Origin: a virus
Taxonomy: Duplodnaviria; Caudoviricetes
Virus record (IMG/VR): IMGVR_UViG_3300035670_000217
Location: 1-60,937 of that record
Length of the DNA stretch: 60,937 nucleotides
Reading direction: 5' to 3' (one strand)
A program made the position numbers and the translations under genes. This document shows positions 10,401-19,400 of this stretch, piece after piece (position 1 is the stretch's first letter; every line of letters starts with the position of its first letter). The notes under the pieces were generated by a model. The model saw only the letters and a list, made by a program, of their open reading frames with translations, searched no databases and was not told the DNA's origin.

Positions 10401-13400
10401 CCTCCGGCAGCCACCTTGGGCACCGGGAACTCGGTGCGCTCGTTGGCGCCCGTCTCGGCGTTGCTCTGGGCCTTCTCCTCGGCGTAGAGCCGCTTCAGGT
10501 CGTCCATGGTGATCACGTCGGCGAACTGGCGGTAGAGCTGCGACAGCGACTCCAGGTTCGACAGGCCAGCCAGCACGCGCCGCGGCTTGATCTTCTGGGT
10601 GGCGGTGTACTCCATCCGCGTCTCGGTGACGGCGTAGGCGCCGGCCCAAGCGTCGTAGTGATCCAGACCGCGCGCCTGCAGCTCAGGCGTGGCCAGGTAG
10701 CTCATGACGGTATACAGCTCGACCAGGGAGTTGGAGACCGGGGTACCGGTGGCGAAGGCCACGCCGCCCTGGCGCTCCTGGATGCCGCGGACCTTCACAT
10801 AGAGGTCGAAGGCGCGCTGCGAGCCCTTGGGGTCGTTCATACCGACCACGCGCTCGGAGCTGGTGGCGTACTCGAGGTTCTTGAACTCGTGCGCCTCGTC
10901 GACGGCCAGGTAATCGACGCCCATATCCTCCAGGGTGATGCCGATGTCATCCCGGGAGCGCTCGGCCAGCTTCTTCAGGCGGTCGTCGTAGCTGTCCAGC
11001 TTGTTCTGCATCTGGCGCATGGTGCGCTTGCTCTCGCCGGCCAGGCGGGCGTCCTCCATGGCCTGCTCGAGGAGCTTCTTGCGCTCCCGGATCACGTTCT
11101 GGGTATCCGATTCGCCGGGCTCGATGAAGCCGAACGAGGAGTGGCCCACGATCACCGCGTCGTAGTCGCCGGTGGCGATCCTGGCGAACAGCCGGCGGCG
11201 GTTCTTCTTGGTGAAGTCGTCCGGGGTGGCCGCCAGGATGTTGGCGCCGGGGTAGAGCTGGTAGAAGTCGCTGGCCCACTGCACCACGAGATGGTTGGGC
11301 ACCACGACCATCGGCTTGCGGGACAGGCCGAGGCGCTTGCGCTCCATGATCCCGGTGATCAGGGTAAAGGTTTTGCCGGCGCCGACGACATGATCGGTCA
11401 GCACGGCCTGGCTCTGGATCATCCGCCAGGCGGCGTTCTTCTGGTGGCGGCGCAGCTTGACCGCCGGGCTCTGGCCCACGGTCTTGAGGTACTTCTCGCC
11501 GTCCCACGTCCGCTCCCGGTGGGTGTTCATCTTGCGGTTGAAGGCGTCGACCACCTGGGCCTGGCGCTGGGCGTCGGAGTAGGCCCACTCGCCGAACACC
11601 TTGGCCATCCGCTCGGCCAGGGCCGTGACCCGGGTGCTGGCGGCCTTATCGACGTAGCGCTCGTCGCCCCTGCCGCGCCACACGGTCAGGCTCTTGCCCG
11701 AGGTGGCGGCGTTGAACAGGGTAATGATGTCCGCGTCGGGATCGTTGAACTGCACCCCGAGGTCGGTCAGCTCGCCGGTGACGCCACGCCCCTTGATCAT
11801 GCCCACGGTGTCGATGATGTTGACGGTGGCGCCGCGCACGCCCAGCGCCTCAAGGAAGCCCTCGAAGATATCGGTGGGCATCCAGGTGCCGCGCATGGAG
11901 GGGGTGATGCGCTCGGCGGTCAGCGGGGCAGGCTGCACCGCCTCCAGGGCGCGAGCATTGGCCTCCAGGCCCAGCGCCAGGGCCTCGTCGAGCTTGCGCT
12001 TCACGTTGCCCGAGAGGTACGCCTCGGCGTGCTCGTAGGCCTCGATGGCAGGGTCGTAGAAGATCGCCGGGGCGTCGCCAGTGGAGAGATCCTCGATCAG
12101 CGCCTTGATCGGCTGGCCGGTGAGGTCGGACATGTAGGCCAGGTCCAGCTTGCCGCGCTCGGAGAGCGAGATGGTCAGGGCGTCGCGAGGCGAGTCGGCG
12201 CTGGTGATCTCCCGGTAGGGGTAGGCCACGCGCTGACTCATGATCGCCGCCTTCTTGGCCGACGACTTCTTCGGCTTCACGCCCATCACCTTGGCTTCGG
12301 CAGGCTTGATGGCCGGCTGGTAACCGGACTCCAGGCCCACCTCAACGCCGATATCGCCAGCCAGCAGCTTGATGTTGTCCGGGTCGGAGATCAGGCCATG
12401 ACTGGCCACGAAGGCGTCGTAAGCCTGGTTCAGCTCCTGGCGCAGGGTGTCCATAGCCGGATCGTCCGACTTCTCGGCGCGGATCAGGGCCAGGGTCCGG
12501 TTGCGCAGGTCCATCAGCTTGCGCAGGGTGTCGTAGCCCTTGCGGCCAAGCTGCTTGCGGCCCAGCGTGGCCTCCATGGCGGCCAGGCCTTCGTCGAAGC
12601 GCCAGGCGAAGGTGGCGGGCTCGCTGATCGCCTCGCGGATGTCGAGGATCGCCTGCTCGGCCTTGGTCGGGCTGGCCTTGGGCTCGCCCTTGGCGTCCAG
12701 GGCCAGCTCGGCGACCTCCAGGAAGGCGGCCACCTGGGCGTCCGTCGGCATGGCGCCCTCGCTGTCGCGCAGCGCCTTGGCGGCATTGATCGCCTGTTCC
12801 CACTGGGCCGCCTGCTCGCGCCAGTAACTCTCCGGGGTGATCTCCTCGATCACCGCGTTGCCGCTGGGGTCGTCAAGGTCGCGGCGCAGCAGCCTACCCT
12901 CGGGGTCGAGCATCATGCCGCCCACGGGGAGGTCGCTCACGTTGAGCATCGCCGCCCCCACGTCCTTGTCGACGTTGGTCTCGGCCATGATGCCCTCGAG
13001 GTCGGCCCAGTCCTCGGCCAGGATGCGATCGACCTCGGCACCGATGTCGCGCCCGTCGCTCTCGACGGTGTACTCCTGGCCGTCGCCGCGGTACATGGAG
13101 CCGCCCATGCTGCTCTTGCCGAGGATGTGCTGGGGGTTCTCCTGGAAGTAGCGGTTGACCCGCATCTTCACACCATCGACCTCGATCTCGCCGTTCACGT
13201 CGAGCCAGGCGGCGTTGGCGTCGCCCACCTCGTCGGCGCGCAGCTTCTGCAGGAACACGATGTCGGTGGTGACCGAGGTGCCGGCGTTCTGCTCGAAGGC
13301 GTCATTGGGCAGCCGGATCGCACCGAGGAAGCGGAAGTGCTTGGCCAGGTAGTCGCGGGCCTCGGGGTTGGCGGTATCCAGGAAGCGATGGGTCACCACC

Positions 13401-16400
13401 ATCTGCATCACGCCGCCGGGCGCCAGGTGGTCGCCGGCCTTGCCGATGATGTAGTTGTGGATGCGCATCCCGTCGAGATGGCCGTGCTGCTTGCTCTTGT
13501 CGCGAATGCGCAGCTCGCCGAACGGCGGGTTGCCGATGGCCAGCCGGAACACGCCGTTGGCGAACGGGGCGTCCTGGAAGCCGGTGGCGGCCAGCACGTT
13601 GGCCTCGGGGTACAGCAGGCTCGCAATGGCGCCGGTCACGCTGTCCAGCTCGGCGGCGTGCCACTCGGTGGCGGCGGCGAGATCCGCCGGCTGCAGGCCG
13701 AGGAAGTTGCCGGTGCCGACGGTGGGCTCTAGGGCGCGGCCTCCGGTGAAGCCGAAGTGCCGGGCGGCGCGCCACATGGCGTCGACCACCCCCTTGGCGG
13801 TGTAGTGGGCATCCCGGGTGGAGCGGGCCGCGGCCTCGTACTCCTCGGGCGTCAGCAGGGCGCGCAGCTCGGCCTGGGCGCGGCCATACATGTCGGTGGC
13901 GCCGCGCTTCTTCACGTCGAACACCGACTTGAGCCCACCCCAGCCGACGTAGCGGGCCAGCACAGCCTGCTCTGCCGGGGTCGCGAAGCGTCCCTCGCTG
14001 ACGATCTCCTTCATCAGGCGGATCGCCTCGAGGTTGCCGCTGATCTTCTGGCCGGTGGTGCCCTCGCCGAGGCCCAGCTCGTCGGTGATGACGAAGTTGC
14101 CGGGGTTCTCGCCCTCTAGCTGGTGGGGCCGGTCCTCAGTGCGTCCATGGGGTTTATTGGCGGGCGATTTTCCGGCTCGGGGGTCAGAACGTCGTCCTCC
14201 GGCCCCGGGGGCGGCACCAGGGCCAGCGCCCTCGCCTCGGTCCACGCCGTCGGCTCGTCCAGACCGATCGCTATCAGGCTGTCCATCTCCGACCGTGTTA
14301 TCCGGGCGAGCGCCATCGACTGGCGCTGGATCTGCTCCGGGTTCAGCTTGCGCACCTGAGTGCGGTGCTGAGTCCACCAGTGATTCAGTATCTGGGTCTG
14401 TATCTGCTCCAGGGTCACGGGGCATCTCCTCTCGAGGAATCGGCGGCGCCACACCGGGGTCGCGACGATCAATCAGGTTGCTTTGCAGGTGGTCGGCCAG
14501 CGGGCCGATCTCGGCGTCGTTGATCGCCACCTGAGTATCGTCCTTGAGGAACTTCTTCGCACCCTTGACCTTGGCGCGCACCACCGCGACGAACAGCTCG
14601 CGGGGCATCCCTTCGGGACGGTGGAGGATCGTCTCGTAGGCGGTCACCGGCTCGTCGCCGAAGGCGCGGCTCTCGTAGCTGCGCGTCTCGATCTCCAGGT
14701 TGTAAGGGGCGCGGCGCTCCAGGATGAAGCCCTTGCCCTCCGGGACCACCACATAGACGCCCAGCAGGTCGTTGTCCTTGATGAACTTCTCGGCGACCCG
14801 CTCGGTTCGCCAGCGCTGCCGGCCCTCGGGGCGCAGCACCGAGTCGGTCGGGCGAGGCGCCGGCTGGTCACCGCGCTCGGGGCGAGGCTGTGACGGGGCA
14901 TCGGCGCGCTGGAGGTTCTGCTGCTGCACGTTGAGCTTGCGGTGCAGGAACTCGGCGCCCATCTCGATCTGCTCGGTGTACTCGTCGTCGGCCTGGGGGT
15001 CGGCGAGCTGCTCCTCCTTGAGGCGGCGACCCTCCAGGACATCCTGCTCGGTCAGCTCTGGCTTCCTGGCCAGCTCGCGCAGCTTGGCGATGCGTGCCGC
15101 CTGGCGGGCCTTGGGGCTGCCGCCCTCGGTGGCGGTGCTGGCGCCGGAAGTCATTCGCTCGAGATCCTGGCGCAGCTCGGCCAGTAGGGTCTCGATGTCG
15201 CGGATCTTCGACTCCAGGCGGGCATCGGTGACCATACCCTGCTCGTCGCGGATGGCAGCCAGCTCGGCCCAGTCCTCGCGCAGTTCTGTCATGCGCTCGC
15301 GGATGCCCTCGGGCGTGCTGGTGTCGTAGGTGCGGCTCTCGCCGACGCGGCGACCTTGCTGGGGCGGCGTCTCCGCAGGCGCGTCAGCTTCGGGCGCAGC
15401 CTCGGCGCTGGCGATGACCTCCTCGCTGACCACCGCGGAGGTGGGCGCGTCCTCCTCGGCAGCCGGCTCTGCCAGCATGGCCTCATGCTCGCGCTTGGCG
15501 GCGTCCACCGGGGTCATGCCTTCGGTGTCCAGGCCAGGGTAGTTGCGCGCACCCTCGTAGAAGGACAGCAGGTAGGGCTTAACCTCAGTCCCAAGGTCGT
15601 CGATCATCGCCTTGGCGTAGTCGGAGAAGCGGCGCACACCGGACTCGATGTAAGCGCCGGCGATGGTCATGCCGTCGACCAGCATCTCGGGGTCCAGGCC
15701 GGTGTTGATCTGGCCCAGCTTGGCCTTGAGGCGGGCGCGGGCGGCGGCCACCTTGTCTTCGGTGAAGATGGTGTTGCCGGCGAACTGGCCGACAGGCTCC
15801 TGTCGATCAATCGGCGATTCTTCGACACGTTCGGCGGACGTGTCCTCGGCGTCGACAGGTTGCCCCTTCACCTGAATGGGGTCTCCTGGCGACCAGCCTG
15901 CCGGCGCCTCCTGGGCGGCCATGTTGCGAAGTTGGCGCAGGCGTCTCTCGGCAGCCCGCAATTTGGCCACGTTCTCCTCGGTCTCGGGTTCTCGGCGCAG
16001 GCGCATGACGCGGCGCTTCTGTGTCGCGATCTTGGCGCTCACCGCATCCTGGTACTGGGGCGTGAAGTCCGCAGGCGTCGCGACCGGCGCGCTGCGCTCA
16101 ATGGCCCAGCCGCCGTAGATCTGCACCACGCGACCCTCGATGCGCCGGTTGCGCATGGCGTTCTGCGCCTTCTCGAAGCTCGCGAACGGGGTGTTGCGGG
16201 TGGTCAGGATCAGGTCGCGGTCAGGCGCGGCCGCCGGCGTCACCTCGGCAGTGCCCGGGGTGGCATCGGTGTCCTGGGCGACCACCTCACGGTTGTCGCG
16301 GGAGGGGGTGGGCTCCTCGATGGGCTGGCCCTGTTGCTCGCCGCGCAGCCGGTCCACACGGATGAAAGAACGGCCATCCTTACGGAAGGCGTAGGGGTCG

Positions 16401-19400
16401 ATCTCCTTGGCCTCGGCCAGCGGGATGTCGCGCAGGACGCCGGTCAGCTCCCTGCCCTTGCGGGTGGTGTGCCGAACCAGGGGCTCGCCGGTCGGCGCCG
16501 TCTCCTCCTGCTCGGACTGCTCCATGAAGGCCTCGCCGTCGACCATACGGGCCTCACGCTCGGCCTGGGCGCGCGCCAGCAGCTCGGCCATGTCGCTGCC
16601 GCGGGCCAGGGTTTCGCCGGTGGCGGCGTCCACCGCGGCGAACGAGACGGCATCACCGAACCCGCTCTCACGGAACTCGATGGCGGCATCCGGGGTGCGC
16701 CACAGACCAGGGGAGGAAGGGTCGCGCTGGAAGTCCGCCGGGGCGTCGGCGAGCGGAGCGCCGGCGCGGGCCTGGCGCTGAGTGTCGGACAGCTCGGCAT
16801 GACGAACCCGCGCAGCCTCCAGGAATCTCGAGCGCTCCGGGTTGATCTGCAGCGCGTTGTCGGCGGTCGCCTGATCGGAGAACTCGGCGGCGATCAGGTC
16901 TTCCACGTCCTGGGTGGTCTCGGCCTGCTTCAGGAAGTCGATGCGCTGCTGGACCCGCTGTACATAGTCCTCGGGCAGTCCTACCCCTTCGGCGGCGACA
17001 TCAGCAGGCTGATCCAGACCAGGGCTCTCACCGTCACCAGTAGCATCTGTCGCTTCACCAGCCTCCACCACCGCCATAGGAGGAAGACCGATAGCGCCAG
17101 GATCGCCAGTAGATCCAGGAGTCGATTCACGAGGAGCCTCCATCTCGGCCTGGGCGTCCATCTCTCGCCCGGCATCGGCCACCTGCCCACCGTCGCGCAC
17201 CACGGTCACGCCGTCGGCGTCGGTGTAGGTGTACATACTGCCGTCGTCGCCCAGCACGCGGATGCGGAATCCGCCCTGGCCGTCTTCGGTATAGCTCTCC
17301 ACGGTCCCGGCAATGTCGCCGGTGCGCGTCGCCACGCTGACCCGCTCGCCATGCACCGCTTCGACCATAGCCTCGGTCTGCGCCTCGCGCATGACGCCCT
17401 CGAGCGGGCCGGACGGGGCGCCCTCGGCGCTCTCGGTCAGGTGGCCGTCAAGGATGGCGTCGGGAGTGCGGGCCGCCACCACCTCCTTGAGGGTGGTCGG
17501 GTAGTTCCAGGGGTCCAGCGCACGGGCCGCCATGATGTCGGGCGTGACCAACGATCCGCCGGACGCCTCCAGGGGCGTCTGGTTGCGATTGCGGAGGGCG
17601 CCGGGCACCCCGCGGGCACCGCTGGCCAGGTTGATGCCGATCGCGATCAGCGCCGAGGAGGAGCCGCCGATCACCGCCTGGTACAGGGTGTCGTCCCACA
17701 GACCCTTCTCCTCGTTGTAGGACATCTCCACGAAGTTCTGGATCACCGCACCGGCGCCCTCGGCGACGAACTCGGCGCCGAATGACTCCAGGATGTGGCG
17801 GATCTGGCCGACGGCCTTGCCGCGCACGTTGGACGGAATGCGCTGCAGGAGCACCGCAACCGGCGCCACCTGCACGATGCCGCCCGGGATACCGGCCATG
17901 GCCACGCGCAGCGCCTCGTCCTCACTGAGGCCGTAGTCGATGGCCCGCTGGTAAGCCTCGGCAGCGCCGGCAGGGCCGGCCAGGGCGGACGCGCCGGCGA
18001 TCGAGGCGGCGGCCTGGATGGCGGCGGTCGAACCCTTGGTCATCAGGGTGGTCAGCCAGCCCGGGCCGAGGTAGACCAGCATGGAGCCCACGCCGGCGGC
18101 GATGTCGGTGGCCACCCCCTGGTACTCCGGGTCGGCCTGCCAGGACTCGGCGATCTCGCTGAGGTCGGCACCCATGCCGCGCAGCCATTCCGCTACCCGG
18201 TTGGGTTCGCGCTCGGCCCACGCCACCACGGCGTCATGGAACTCGCTCTCGCGCTTAACCATGTCGCGCGCCCACGGCTGGACGGCGCGCAGGATCTCCT
18301 CGTCGGAGCGCCCCGCTTGCTCCATCATCCGCAGCGTCTCGGCCATCCGCAACCGGGTGGTGTCGAGCCCCTTGGCGGCGTCGAGCATCTGGCGGTCGGC
18401 CTCGACGTTCTCGAGCTGCTGGAGGATCAGGCCGGAGCCCTCGATGGTGCCGGCGACCGCCGAGGCAGCGCCCGAGCCCCCGGACTTGCTCAGGTTCTCG
18501 ACCCAGCCCAGCAGGGTGCGCTCGGAGGACGGGCGCGGCGCGGCGCCGGTGTAGCCGTCGATGAAGTCGGGCTTGTCGAAGTCGCGGCCAAACTGCTGAG
18601 CGACCTCCTGGGGGTTCTCCCGGGCGCGACGGGCCTCGCCGGCGGCGTCAACACCGAGGATGCCAGATGGGCGCGGTTCACGGGGCGCACGCGGCTCCCC
18701 CTCACCGGCGCGGCGACTCAGCACCTCGCGCTCGCTGGCCGGGGTCTGCAGGAAGTCCTTGGCGGCACCGAGACCCTGGCGCACGAGATCCAGCACGGTG
18801 CCGGTGCCCATGGTGTTGGGGTCGTTGTACTTGGGAGCGGCGCCCGACAGGGCATCCACCTCGGGCGGGGCGTTCGGGTCGCGGGCCAGCTCGCGGATCT
18901 GCTCGAGACTCAGCTCGTCGGCGTCACCCTCGATGCGGGACCGGGCTTCCGGCCGCTCGCTGCGCCGGCGCTCGGGAGCCTGCTGCACGCGCTCCCACTC
19001 GGCGCGCAGGTGCTCCTGGGCCTGGTTGAAGGCGTCGGCGCGCCGCTGGTAGTCGTCACGCTGGCGCTCGAACTCGGCCAGGCGCTCGTTGAGGGAGCCG
19101 AGGTCGCGGTTGAAGGCCTCCACCTCCTCGGGGGTGGAGATCGACGCGCGGCGCTCCTCGAACTGGGCGACCAGGGTCTCGATCTCGCCGGCCTGAGCCT
19201 CCAGGGCGGTACGCGCCTCCTCACTGGGGCGGGCGAACTCGTCGAGGCGCTTCATCTCGGCCTCGATGGAGCCCAGCAGCTCGGTGCGCTCCTGGGTGGT
19301 GAGATCCTCGAACTCGCCGGCGGTGAACGGCTGCTCGCCCTCGGCGGCCACCTCGGCCTCGGCCATGGCCTCCTGGGGTGTGCGCAGACCCTCGGCCTGG

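Noticed and set aside
8996-13732. 1578-aa + strand ORF, and other long antisense ORFs (6296-8167, 15356-17785, 17795-20188, 30666-32825, 56958-58637)
   Set aside because: Antisense shadows of GC3-rich genes; no motifs or RBS, and composition typical of reverse-frame translation.
15780-16090. Lower-GC3 stretch in the giant gene
   Set aside because: The host frame itself looks like a real helical insert; no credible alternative ORF was found.
18490-18705. Possible third nested ORF in the giant gene, with a mild GC3 dip
   Set aside because: No convincing SD; the product is S/P/R-rich like any off-frame read.
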